From Octopus vulgaris (lineage: Eukaryota), in assembly GCA_951406725.2 (NCBI GenBank), contig OX597831.1, positions 6,758,001 through 6,822,000 of the forward strand: a stretch of 64,000 nt of DNA. Direction: 5' to 3'. Below are positions 27,475 through 39,267 of the stretch, in pieces (the stretch's first letter is position 1; each line of letters opens with the position of its first letter). The translations under genes and the position numbers were made by a program. The notes beneath the pieces are model-generated. The model saw only the letters and a program-made list of their open reading frames with translations, was not told the origin of the DNA and searched no databases.

Positions 27475-28115
27475 TGTTTGTGAGCCACTCTCCGGCTATC
27501 TATCTGCGGCTTTATATAGCTATGGTAAGACCTCACCTGGAATTTGCATCACCGGTCTGGAACCCCTATCTTGCCCAGGATATTAATCGTCTGAAGCCGT
27601 TCAGCGACGTGCAACCAAGAGAATACCCTCCATCAGGCATTTGCCATATTCTGAACGCCTTACTTCCCTGGGCATGGACACATTGAAACTCCGACGTCTA
27701 GCAGCTGACTTGGCAGACACCCATAAAATTATTAACCATCTTACAAACAATAACTCTGACCACCTTTTCAAACTCCACCTGTCTAACACCCGTGGACATA
27801 TTTACAAAGTCAGAAAACAGTACAGCTCCCATGACTTTCGGAAACATTTTTTCACGCTAAGAGTTGCTGAAGCATGGAACAAACTGCCGGCATCAGTTGT
27901 TAGTTGTCGGAGCAGTGCGTCCTTCAAAACTTCCATGCTTCCTGAGATTCGCCAACACTACACCTGATTTTCTTCCCTCCATACACACGCAAGCATGTAT
28001 CTAACTCATACACTGTTCGCTTCCCAGACATTTTACATTACTGCATATGCTTTATACGCACTTTTGACAAGTTGTGGTGCACCTGAGCACTGTATACAAT
28101 AATTTCATTATTATT
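27475..28115 (+). mobile_element. CR1/L2-type LINE 3' fragment
   Basis: LYIAMVRPHLEFASPVWNPY, PYSERLTSLGMDTLKLRR and HFFTLRVAEAWNKLP; 3' UTR ends gtgcacctgagcactgtatacaataatttcattatta. Confidence 0.9.
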
Positions 28116-29344
28116 TGGTTCTCACACTTTTCTTTATTATTATAAAGATTTTATGTCTGACCAAGACCACAGGCGGTAGCAGACGACTATCTCAGAAACC
28201 AATGGGTTTGTTACGTATATATATATATATGCACCAGATAAATGAGCGGAAGAAAATAGTTGATATGTCCTTTACTTTGTCGTTATAATGTAAGATACTA
28301 TTTCTTCAACACATTATTTTTAATTCTAAAGTTCATTTTGTAGGTAGTTAAGCTCATATTTTATTGACTGCCAGAAGGAATAAAAGAATTTACCTCTCTG
28401 TGTTAAGTAGAGAGGATGAAAGCTAAATAGTCCTGTGGTGACAAGTCATGAGGTGAAAGAGATAGAATTGAGTTTGGGTACTGTATTTATACATGTTGGA
28501 AAGCTGGCTGTAGGTCGGAGAACAATGGGAGGTAAACGAGTTTATCTGTGTTGAACTGAATTTAACCCAAGACTGTTAAACAATAGAACTTAACTAAGTG
28601 TGGCAATTGACCTTCATCAATTTCTAATTGCTAATGTCAAGAACAATAGAAAGGATCTCGTAGAAAAATCTAGGCCAAGGTTTCGATTCTTTGCTAAGAT
28701 ATCAAGGAAATTATTCACTATAGTTTGTTTCTTGTGAGCAACAGTACTGCAGTGTGTCCATGACCAAGACTAGATTTTTTGAGATCATACAAAAAATGCT
28801 TTTCTCATGAAAAGTTTAAAAAAAAAACAAAAAACAAAAGCAATTTTCTGAAAGTTAAAAATTAAGAATATATTTTATTTGGTAACGGTCATTTCTTTTT
28901 TTTTTTTTTTTGCCAAATAAACACATGCAACTTCATATTTGTTCTCCACTTGTTTATTACTGTTCTTCTTATTCTGACACATGTCCATTGTCCGGAAATC
29001 TTTCGTCATACATCTGTAGCCTCCTCAGTGACAAAATAAAACAGTATAAAGGGCATGGATACAAACAACATAGGAAGCGAACCCATATACACACACAAAC
29101 ATATAAGGTAACTTCACAGACGGTAACTTAACAACATTTTTGACAAGATTTCATATTTTAAACGTTATTTCATGCTAAAGTTGTCATTAAATGTTGAAAG
29201 CAAACCGTGTTGAGCATGAGAAATTACACCAGTATACAAAGTTTCAAACAGTTTAGTTAAAAGAAAATAATTTTAAAAATCTATGAGCGAAACTGAATAG
29301 ATCCATACCAATTATTGTTGTTGTTATTATTATTATTATTATTG

Positions 29345-29850
29345 AGTGAGAGAGCAGTGCATGCCATCAAAGTGACACTGGGGTAAAATATACGAAGCCC
29401 AGTATACCCGTCATGACTACCCGCCTGGTAAGGGTGCGCCAGGCACATGCATCACAGCCATATGTGCGCGACATGATTTCATATCAAGATAAACAGCACT
29501 GGTGGGGCCCAGTTAGAATTTTCTTCAGGTTGAGTAGCCCATCCCACTCAAAAGGTCCCTGAATAAGGGTTAAGGATGTTTTCAGAGGTGAATTATTCAA
29601 ACCCCAAAGAATCTCTCTCAACACATGGCTATGATGCTCCCCCACTACTTTTGCTCGTGATCAGAGATGCACATAGCATCAGCCACTAAGGGACATGCTC
29701 AACTGGTTAAAGTCAAACAACTGACAAGCAAATCTGTGGTATTGAACAGAATATTTGCTGCAGCCCATCTTTTATATCAAGACAAAACAATGTACATGAT
29801 AACACTTCCAATCAGTTAATATCAGAAGCCATGAGAGTCTGCCTGGTACT
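29345..29850 (-). mobile_element. Non-coding repeat ending in (TAA)n, adjacent to an R4/Dong-like LINE
   Basis: Bounded by TAT arrays at about 29313-29343 and 29851-29866; second copy at 6387-6750. Confidence 0.6.
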
Positions 29851-29866
29851 TATTATTATTATTATT

Positions 29867-31255
29867 CAGTAGTTTTATTTTTATCACGTGCTTTCACTGC
29901 ACTACCGAGCGCAGCTCTGTGTGCCTTGGGTATGTGCTGCGGTTTGCTGTGATGTTCTTATTGTTACTGTATTGAAAGTGTTTTATGTAGGATGTGTGCA
30001 GTGCCTAGTAGTGCTATTTTCTGTATGTTATATATATATTTGATAGTCCTGGTGTTTTTGTAATGCATTTGTTTGAATATATTCCTTCTTAGCCAGGACT
30101 GAGCAGCCAGAGACAATATGGTTTATTGCTTCTTGTCCATCTCCACACATTCTGCAGTTATTTGTTATGTTTCTTTTCATTATATGTTTTTGGTAATTTC
30201 TGGTGGGGAGGCTTTGGTCTTCTACTGTAATTAAAAATCCTTCAGTCTCTACTTTGAATCCTGAGCTTCTCAGCCATTGTTGGGATTTTACTTTGTCTAT
30301 TTCTTTTGCGTTTAGTTTAGTCCAGTATTTACCACGAAGGGGCTTTTCTTGCCATCGTTTTATCATGGTCCGTTGTTGTTGTTCCAGTTTTAGTTTGGAT
30401 TTCAGTTGTTTTACAGCTTTTGTTGTTTCCTCTTTTTCTTCATAGCTGTTTGGTACTATAACATCTTTTTTTGTATCTGTCAGCTTCCTTAAAGGCTGAA
30501 AACAGTTGTTTGTTTTGTTTGTGTTTTGTGGCTATTTGTATTAGTTTTCCTTGCTACTGAAGTAAGTATTTTTGTAGTCCTATGGTGGTTATTTTGTAAT
30601 AATTTTCTAGCCGTATAAGGCCTCTACCACTTTCCATATGTTGTATATATATAACCTTTCTATGTCAGATTTTGGGTGGTGCATCTTAAATCCTATCATT
30701 ATTTTTCTTGTTTTCCTGTCTATTTTGATTAGTTCATTTAGTGTCCAGTTAAGGATATTGTAGCTGTAGCTTATAACTGGGACAGCTAGAGTGTTGATAC
30801 CTATTATCTTCTTTTTCGCATTGAGCTCTGTTTTCGGTATTAATCTAACTCGTCTAGTCATTTTTTTCTTTCATTTGTGTGTGTTGTATTGCATCCAGTT
30901 CATTGATTCCTAAGCATTTGTATGTCTGACTTTGATGTAATTCTCTTATATCATTTGCTTTATCTACTCTGATGTTGCTACTCTTAACTAGTTTTCCTCT
31001 TTTCAAGGTTGCTTTGGCACATTTTTCTAAGCTAAATTTCATGTTTATTTCTTTGGTAAATCCATGTAGTAATGTTTCCAGTTGTTTATCATTTGCCGTG
31101 TACAGTTTTAGATCATCCATATATAAGAGGTGACTGATTGTTTTGCCGTAACAGTTGTATCCACACCCCGTTCTGTTTAGCATATCAGATAACAGTGTCA
31201 GTGCCAAGAAGAAAAGTAGCATACACTCGAGTGAAATTCCTCTCCTCTTTATTAT
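29867..31255 (-). mobile_element. R4/Dong-like (restriction-like endonuclease) non-LTR retrotransposon, degenerate RT plus zinc knuckle
   Basis: ISHLLYMDDLKLY (RT), INTLAVPVISYS, HHPKSDIERLY and CRMCGDGQEAINHIVSGC (CCHC). Several frameshifts; 3' end abuts (TAA)n. Confidence 0.85.
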
Positions 31256-31269
31256 ATATTCATACATCC

Positions 31270-32447
31270 GAACGTAGCAGATAACAGCTAACCTTTGGCC
31301 GCTATTTGGACCCCGTTGTGTCCACTACTCTGATTGGTTGGTACTGGCGCAGTTCGTCTCTTACTCTGTCGTGCCAATCTGCAGTGTATAGCCAATTGGA
31401 GCCTTAAATAAGATCACTTGAGACAATCTTCACAATCCCAGTTGAGCCTACATTTCATTATATAAACCCACCTTCTCCTCATCTCGAGGTCTTTGGTTCC
31501 ACACCTTTTAAGGCCTAGTCATTGACTCCACAAGACACAGCCAGTTCCAGCAACAACGTCAGATGCCCAGGTTTCAACATAGCACTGTTCGTGAATTGCT
31601 TCACCAAGGATCAACAGCAAAAATGCAACCTGCGAGCCAGACGACAACAACATTACAGCAATCGCTTTCTTCGTCGCTACCATCTCTTTCTTAATGACGT
31701 CAACAACATCTCTACGTACACACTCAACCAGCAACACTGCACAGTTTCCAACACAACACTGTTTATGCATCACTTCACCATGGTTAACGGTAAACATACA
31801 ACCTGCGAGAACTCCTGTACAAATAACTCAGGCAGCAGCATTACAGCCACAACTTCATAGGACATGTACCGCAAGCGGCTCTGCAGCATTGCCACAACTT
31901 CTTGATACAGTATTTCAACTACTGTATACAATTGACTATGAACTGGTATTTTTCATTCTTGTGTCTATGAACATTCGTCTAACTTCTCATTATAGACTCT
32001 TTCATTGTTGTTCTTATATGTAGCACACGCGTCCATCCATGCCACACACACATACACTTTGTCCTTATGGCGGCAAGCTGGCAGAATCGTTAGCACGCCG
32101 GGCGAAATGCTTAACAGTATTTCGTCTGTCTTTACGTTCTGAGTTCAAATTCCGCTGAGGTCGACTTCGCCTTTCATCCTTTCAGGGTCGATAAATTAAG
32201 TACAAGTTACACACTGGGGTCGATGTAATCGACTTAATCCCTTTGTCTTACCTTGTTTGTCCCTTCTGTGTTTAGCCCCTTGTCGGCAATAAAGAAATAA
32301 CATACACTTTGTTCTTATGACAACCTGTCTATTATTGTGTATAGATGACGCACACACACAGACTCACACATGTTAACTTATCAATAAATCTTTCTCTAAA
32401 CCTTCTACTCGGTTGTGTCCCTCCGTTTTTCTCACCGGTACACTACA
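31270..32447 (+). mobile_element. Possible LTR-like element
   Basis: CCAAT motifs, TATAAA near 31461, AATAAA near 32383, and a CACTACA end like the solo LTR at 14796. The 5' end and TSD were not found. Confidence 0.35.
32070..32299 (+). mobile_element. tRNA-derived SINE with a 20-bp TSD
   Basis: A-box-like gctggcagaatcgtt, B box gagttcaaattcc and an A-rich tail. TSD acatacactttgt(c/t)cttatg at 32050-32069 and 32300-32319. Confidence 0.9.
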
Positions 32448-32989
32448 TGTATTGCTCTAGCCTTCTGACCTGAGTTGTTATTAGATGGTCACACCACACT
32501 TTACCTCGACTGTCTATAGAGTTAGTTGCAGTCATTATTGAAACAGAACATTGAAGCTATTTCCTCGCCATTCAAAACCTCTTAACAATCAGTCGCTCTT
32601 AATTCATTTCAGTTTAGTTTCAAGTCTTTCAGCATCAGACCTCCTTTATCTAGTCGACCCAATTGTAGTTCATTAAATCCTTGCTTCCAATCCATTAAAA
32701 CCTAACTCACAATCTGTCCCTTATTCAAAGCCACCTGGTGGTCATTTCTGCAACTTCAACAATTTCAAAGTTATCTCCCTTACCTTTCTCACGAACACAC
32801 GTTCATTAAATTTGTGATTCTCTTCAGCAACGACATAATCTAATTTTATTGAAGTTGCCTGGTTCATTACATTAAATTTATTAATTACAGACCTGAGCTA
32901 ATTTATTATAATTATGTCCACTTCTGAAGAATAAATATCGCATGTTTTTCTTTTCCTTCTGAAACTAAGAGTGATATTTCAATTAACAG

Positions 32990-33374
32990 TGGAGGTGCAA
33001 TGGCCCAGTGGTTAGGGCAGCGGACTCGCGGTCGTAGGATCGTGGTTTCGATTCCCAGACCGGGCGTTGTGAGTGTTTATTGAGCGAAAACACCTAAAGC
33101 TCCACGAGGCTCCGGCAGGGATGGTGGTGATCCCTGCTATACTCTTTCACCACAACTTCCTCTTACTCTTACTTCCTGTTTCTGTTGTACCTGTATTTCA
33201 AAGGGCCGGCCTTGTCACTCTCTGTGTCACGCTGAATATCCCCGAGAACTACGTTAAAGGTACACGTGTCTGTGGTGTGCTCAGCCACTTACACATTAAT
33301 TTCACAAGCAGGCTGTTCCGTTGATCGGATCAACCGGAACCCTCGTCGTTGTAACCGACGGAGTGCTTCCATCC
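32990..33374 (+). mobile_element. tRNA-derived SINE (different family) with a 14-bp TSD
   Basis: tRNA-like head ggtgcaatggcccagtggttagggcagcggact...ggtttcgattccc. Exact TSD atttcaattaacag at 32976-32989 and 33375-33388. Confidence 0.9.
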
Positions 33375-33705
33375 ATTTCAATTAACAGAGAATTTTTTTG
33401 AGCGTCGTTTGGTAAATCACCTCCAGATCTATTTCCTACTTTTGGAATTATTTCCCATCAATCTGTCTCTTTATTAAAATCATAGCCAATGACCCATCAC
33501 CTCGAAATCTTCAAAACTCTTTATAACGTTCCCAAAACCATCCTTTCTTGAGTGATCAAGCAACCTCGCAATTGACTTTCTATGTCGCTTGTTACCTTCT
33601 CTGCTTACAAACATCAAATTTCCCTCCATGCGTGCAAAATTATTCTTTGAAATTAATTCTTCTTTCTTTTATTAAATAGATTGTCAATCCTTCTCTGTGG
33701 ACACA

Positions 33706-33907
33706 AAAACAATTGCAGTATGGAAGGTGTTTATAAGCCATTTAAGAAACACACAAAATGCAGCACAAAGTTTTGTCAGTAATCTGGTCACGGTCTCAAA
33801 GTGACGAAAATATTTTGACAAATTAAATCTATATGTTGAAGTGAATCTAATGGTTTTTGTATGTTTCTTAAATGGCTTATAAACACCTTCCACGCTGCAA
33901 TTGTTTT
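33706..33907. repeat. Inverted repeat with ~53-bp arms (MITE-like hairpin)
   Basis: aaaacaattgcagtatggaaggtgtttataagccatttaagaaacacacaaaa pairs with ttttgtatgtttcttaaatggcttataaacaccttccacgctgcaattgtttt, with few mismatches. Confidence 0.85.
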
Positions 33908-34293
33908 CGTTCCAGCACACGATCTCAGATCAAGTCACTCGCTATGCAAGTACATCTCCGTAATTCCTTCTCTGTGGGTTTAGCCAAAAATTACTGTTCG
34001 ACTGTTCAAAATTTTCTTTAATCCAAAAAATACGTCACAGTAAAACAAAATTATAATAAAAAAGTTCATATAGCAGCTGTGCTCCAGCATTGCCACAATC
34101 ACAAAGGAGTAAACGAACAGACCTAGTGATGACTATTCAACAACTGTTCTGTATCCTTCTATGTAGTGTTAAATGATTCTTAAAAACTTTTAAAAATTGT
34201 ATTTTTGGAGGATCATACTGCCAATAAAATCGCATGTATTTTGTAAAATACTGTCGTTTGTCCACTTAAGTTATTTTCCTTTAATCTGCTTTA

Positions 34294-34339
<46 letters not shown>

Positions 34340-34342
<3 letters not shown>

Positions 34343-34695
34343 TTGCTTCCATTTCTTACCAAGCGTCTTCCCGACTCCTAGGGCAAAGAAACACATAGTA
34401 TACATTGGTAGGCCATTAAACTAAACTCACTAGTTCGTAAATTTTTTTTTTTTTTTAAAGTTAAATTAAAATACATGGGTAGTAATAGTTCTCACATCGA
34501 CAATGCTCTTCTCAATACATGTGACTTACCAGTTAAGACAATCTTTTGCACTTCTTGCAGGGATGGTAAGCCAGGGATCATTCTCATATGATTTTCGGTT
34601 CCCTTCTTGATCATTCCTAGTGCTCCTACGATCACTGGTATTGTAACCGCCTTGAGATGCCACATTTTCTCAATTTCAATGAGCAGGTCTTTATA

Positions 34696-34700
<5 letters not shown>
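34340..34700 (-). mobile_element. R4/Dong-like LINE extreme 3' fragment (RLE C-terminus plus 3' UTR) embedded in (TAA)n
   Basis: KYKDLLIEIEKMWHLKAVTIPVIVGALGMIKK..LQEVQKIVL is typical of RLE-type elements. TAT arrays lie on both sides. Confidence 0.85.
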
Positions 34701-34747
<47 letters not shown>

Positions 34748-34790
34748 GTTATTATTATTAATAATATTATTGTTATTATTATTATTATTA

Positions 34791-34850
<60 letters not shown>

Positions 34851-35036
34851 TATTGTTGTTGTTATTATTATTATTAATATTATTGTAATTATTATTATTA
34901 TATATTATTATTAATATTATTGTTGTTATTATTATTAATATTATTATTATTATTGTTGTTATTATTATTAATATTATTTTTATTATTATTATTATTATTA
35001 TTGTTATTATTATTGTTATTGTTATTATTATTGTTA

Positions 35037-35125
<89 letters not shown>

Positions 35126-35271
35126 GTTATTATTATTATTGTTATTATTATTATTAATATTATTGTAATTATTATTATTAATATTATTATTATTATTATT
35201 AATATTATTGTTGTTATTATTATTAATGTCCCCATACTCTGCGTATTATTATTATTATTACTGCATCAGGC

Positions 35272-35302
<31 letters not shown>

Positions 35303-35306
35303 GTTA

Positions 35307-35350
<44 letters not shown>
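34700..35350. repeat. Long (TAT)n/(TGT) microsatellite
   Basis: Seen directly; source of the poly-Ile and poly-Leu ORFs. Confidence 0.97.
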
Positions 35351-35352
<2 letters not shown>

Positions 35353-35449
35353 CCATATTATGGTTACCTCAACTATTTACTTTATTTACAAACTTTTCAA
35401 AAAGGTGGATTCAAGCTTATGAGAACAAGATAAAAGGTTTAACGATTTG

Positions 35450-35772
35450 GGCTGGGAACTTTATCGGATTGTAATGTTTCATTTTGATATTTTCAAGAGA
35501 AACTAAGTTTGCAACGAAATACTTTGAAATAAAAACGAAACAAAGTCATTCAACATTCTTCGTTCTTAGTAGCATGGGAGACAACTCTGTACAAGCTTCC
35601 ACATTCGATGGTGGTCGAAGATTCTTTAAAAATTGAACAATTCGGAGAAAAATACGTAAAAATATACACGTTGCTGATTTTTAGCCTTCTGCTTACCAAA
35701 GTATGTCATTTCAAGACCCGATACTTAAAGCTTGTTGTTATGTTGAACACCTTTTCAAACTCCACCTGCCTA
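35450..35772 (+). repeat. Direct repeat copy 1 flanking the parvoviral element
   Basis: 323 bp, ggctgggaactttatcgg...aactccacctgccta. Matches 38591-38884 apart from a 29-bp indel and 7 substitutions counted by eye. Confidence 0.95.
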
Positions 35773-35901
35773 GGAAGGTGTTTCAGTAAACACCGCACTG
35801 CCATCGATGCCGATGGAGTAAGAGGTGCCCCGCCTAATTATTACATACTGCCATCGATGCAGTTGAGAATATGGAAAGACCAACGCTGTAGTTACCGCCA
35901 C

Positions 35902-35909
35902 TATAAATA
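35902..35909 (+). promoter_or_regulatory. Candidate viral capsid-promoter TATA box
   Basis: TATAAATA begins 41 nt upstream of the VP ATG at 35943. Confidence 0.45.
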
Positions 35910-35942
35910 TAGCACCTGGATAACAACAACACATAGGTACGA

Positions 35943-37745
35943 ATGCCACCGATAAGAAAGCATCTCTACCGTAAAACAGAAAGCCGAGAATTCCGTCTAC
36001 CTGGATACGAGTTCTTAGGACCAGGTACAAATATATGCAAAAGGCGATACGACACTCCATTGAATGCATTAGACACAGCTGCCAAAGCACTTGACATCGA
36101 CTACGCCGATCCTTATAAAGGCACTTGGGAGGCAGACATCAAAAACGTGTTACCACAAGGTCCAACCGGTATCCTCGCCGCAGCAGCAATTACTGCAAAA
36201 CATTATCTCGGACTTGATAACAAATTCAGAAAAACCAACAATAACGATAATACTCCTGTCGATATTAATAATCATTGCGATCGCAAAAACATGGCTGACA
36301 ATCAAGAAACTTCGTCAGAGTCCCAGCCGTCAAACGGATGGGCAGGAACATCACATGGAACTCCAGTCCCCCCTCGGAGCGACAATTTCATGAGAGAATA
36401 TACAATCAAGAGAACATTCCGAAACATGGTCAAAACAACTAATATGAACGGTGCTAAAGTTACATTTCAACAATTTCAAGGCAATGAAAAAGGTTGCCAT
36501 CAAGTAGGCCACTACTACTACGGTACAGTTTCATCGGAGGACTACATTATCCCTTACTGGCTAACAAGTTGGATCAAGCCCATACACTTCGAACAAAGCA
36601 TCAAAACAGCAACCTCATACAGGATCAAATCTATAGGTTTTGAAATAACTGACATTATCGGAGGCGAGTGGACTACACAAAAAAACGAAGAGGTGTTCAT
36701 GCAGAGTCCATATCCTTACTTCGAGTTGTTCAAAGACACAGGATGTTAAATAGGACACGGCAACCTCAAATCCATCTCACATATACCAAACGATGGGTTC
36801 GCATCTATACAACCAGATACGCCAACTCAACTAGAACTTCCAAAGTATACGTTCGCTTACTGCGCACCGAAGCAATACGTAAACGAAATTAAAAGTTGCG
36901 ACAAATTAACTACAGACACAACATGCGAAACAAACATTACAAAGCTTCATGACTGGAGAGAAATGCCAAACAAGTTAAAAATACACCAAGGCGATACATA
37001 CGGACATATGTGGGAAAACCCGTCTCGGTTAAAAGTGCCACTCACTAACATATCTCAGAATGATAACGACACGGTTCACGGGGTGATTCTCCACTATTGA
37101 CAATCAGTTAATTCACAAACGAGCATGGGTTTCCCGTACACATGGGACGGGTGCCTTGACATTGCAACTGCACCCGAACTCGGTGTGGAAGGACAAGTGC
37201 ATCACGAGAGCTTCGGTGAAACTAGAAAAAGAAAACGTAAAGGAAACAAAGAAGACTTGTGCTATACTGAATACTCCGACATGAATTTCGATCATCAACA
37301 ACCAGTCAAAGAAGCAGACGGAACGGAAAAAATTAGGAGCGGAAACATGGTAACAGCTAACAGGACATTGATAAACAAAGTGCTTTACACTTCAGAAGAT
37401 CCGCCTCCAATGATACTGATAAATGTCCCACCTATCGTTAGACTAAACGGAACTAAAGCACAAACCTACTTCAACTTTGACATCACTTACACCATTCAAC
37501 TGGAGGCGTACTACGAGGCTATGGTACACCCACAAAAAGTAGCTACGATCAATCCTAGAGTCGCTCAAAAAGCTACTTACACAGGATTTAATTACGATTT
37601 GTTCTGCGCCACGCCGCCCCCAGCAAGGCATTTGCACGGTGTCGCCCCTAAAGGGAAACGTCACGGAAGAACTGCTTTTATGGATGCCGAATCATCTGGT
37701 GCGAACGTACTGAAACCCTTAAGTGGCCACTTCGTCAACAAGTGA
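35943..37745 (+). pseudogene. Endogenous parvovirus/densovirus capsid gene (VP1 with PLA2 domain)
   Basis: LPGYEFLGPGT..PLNALDTAAKALDIDY..EAD..AAAITAKH is the Parvoviridae VP1u PLA2 signature (Ca-loop xLGPG plus DxxAxxHDxxY, here H>L). ORFs 35943-36749 and 37125-37745 and the sequence between them are in one frame: 600 codons with stops at 36747-36749 (TAA) and 37098-37100 (TGA). Likely VP2 start MADNQETSS at 36291. Confidence 0.88.
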
Positions 37746-38262
37746 TAATAATAATAATAATAATTGTGTACAGTGCTCAGGTGCACTACAACTCATCTAA
37801 AGTCCATATATAATCAGGTGTAGTTTCGACGGATTTCGGAAAGCATGAGAGCCTTAAAGGATGCAGTGTCATAGCAGTCAACAACTGACGCAGGCAGTTT
37901 ATTCCATGCTTCAGCAACTCTGAGCATGAAGAAATGTTTCCGAAAGTCATGGGAGCTGTGTTGTTTTCTGACTTTGTAGGCATGGAGATCAAAAAGGTGT
38001 TCAGTGTTGTTATTGGTAAGGTGGTTGACAACTTTGTGGGCGTTTACCAAGTCCGTCGCCAGACGCCGGAGCTTCAGTGAATCTATGCCCAGGGAAACTA
38101 GGCGCTCAGAGTATGGTAGGTGTCTGATGGAGGGTATGCGTTTCGTTGCACGTCTCTGAACAGATTCCAGGAGGTCAATGTTCTGAGCAAGATAGGGGTT
38201 CCAAACTGATGATGCGAATTCCAAGTGTGGTCGTACCATAGCTGTATACAGTTTTAAATAGA
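37746..38262 (-). mobile_element. CR1/L2-type LINE 3' fragment, inverted, abutting the VP stop
   Basis: MVRPHLEFASSVWNPY..HFFMLRVAEAWNKLP. Its microsatellite tail begins at the VP stop codon. Confidence 0.9.
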
Positions 38263-38590
38263 TTACTAATGATCACACCCACAAGCGCTGCCACGGTTTT
38301 CAACAGCACAGGCCTGATAATCTCATCTATGAATAGGCGATACTACTCATATCTTCACATACCAGCGATGGAGACGCCAACGACAACAACTGCTTCGACA
38401 ACTAAGGAGTCATTTAATAACCTCGTTAAATCAGAAGACCTACACCCTTATACTTGGGTCTACAGATTTAATGAGGAGAACGAATTCCCATGGGAAGAAG
38501 CTCCTTTTATATACAAGCCACAAGAGACTTTCCAATACAAACCAAACCACATCAGGAATTATTTCATCAACATCATTACACGACATCCAT

Positions 38591-38884
38591 GGCTGGGAAC
38601 TTTATCGGATTGTAATGTTTCATTTTGATATTTACAAGAGAAACTAACGAAACAATGTCATTCAACATTCTTCGTTCTTAGTAGCATGGGAGACAACTCT
38701 GTACACGCTTCCAGATTTGATGGTGGTCGAAGATTCTTTAAAAATTGAACAATTCGGAGAAAAACACGTAAAAATATACACGTTGCTGATTTTTAGCCTT
38801 CTGCTCACCAAAGTATGTCATTTCAAGACCCGATACTTAAAGCTTGTTGTTATGTTGAACACCTTTTCAAACTCCACCTGCCTA
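38591..38884 (+). repeat. Direct repeat copy 2 flanking the parvoviral element
   Basis: 294 bp; see copy 1. The last ~28 nt are LINE sequence. Confidence 0.95.
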
Positions 38885-39206
38885 ACACCCGTGGACATGT
38901 TTACAAAGTCAGAAAACAGCACAGCTCCCATGACTTTCGGAAACATTTTTTCACACTAAGAGTTGCTGAAGCATGGAACAAACTGCCGGCATCAGTCGTT
39001 AGTTGTCGGAGCACTGCATCCTTCAAAACTTCCATGCTTCCTGAGATTCGCCAACACTACACCTGATTTTCTCCCCTCCATACACACGCAAGCATGTATC
39101 TGACTCATATACACTGTTCGCTTCCCAGACATTTGTACATTACTGCATATTCTTTATATGCACTTTTGACTAGTTGTGGTGCACCTGAGCACTGTATACA
39201 ATAATT

Positions 39207-39267
<61 letters not shown>

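Noticed and set aside
31519-32023. Overlapping 92-112-aa ORFs
   Set aside because: Low-complexity CAA-rich sequence in an LTR-like segment, with no recognisable domain or splice structure.
32991-33065. tRNA gene
   Set aside because: The tRNA-like head continues into a ~300-bp body and is enclosed by a 14-bp TSD, so it is a SINE; the acceptor stem does not close properly.
34492-35474. Long poly-Ile/poly-Leu membrane-protein ORFs
   Set aside because: Translations of (TAT)n; only the last ~65 aa of the 247-aa ORF are a real LINE remnant.
35943-37745. Contaminating exogenous virus, or a host secreted PLA2 gene
   Set aside because: In-frame stops and junctions with host LINEs indicate integration. 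It lacks the Cys-rich scaffold and introns of host sPLA2.
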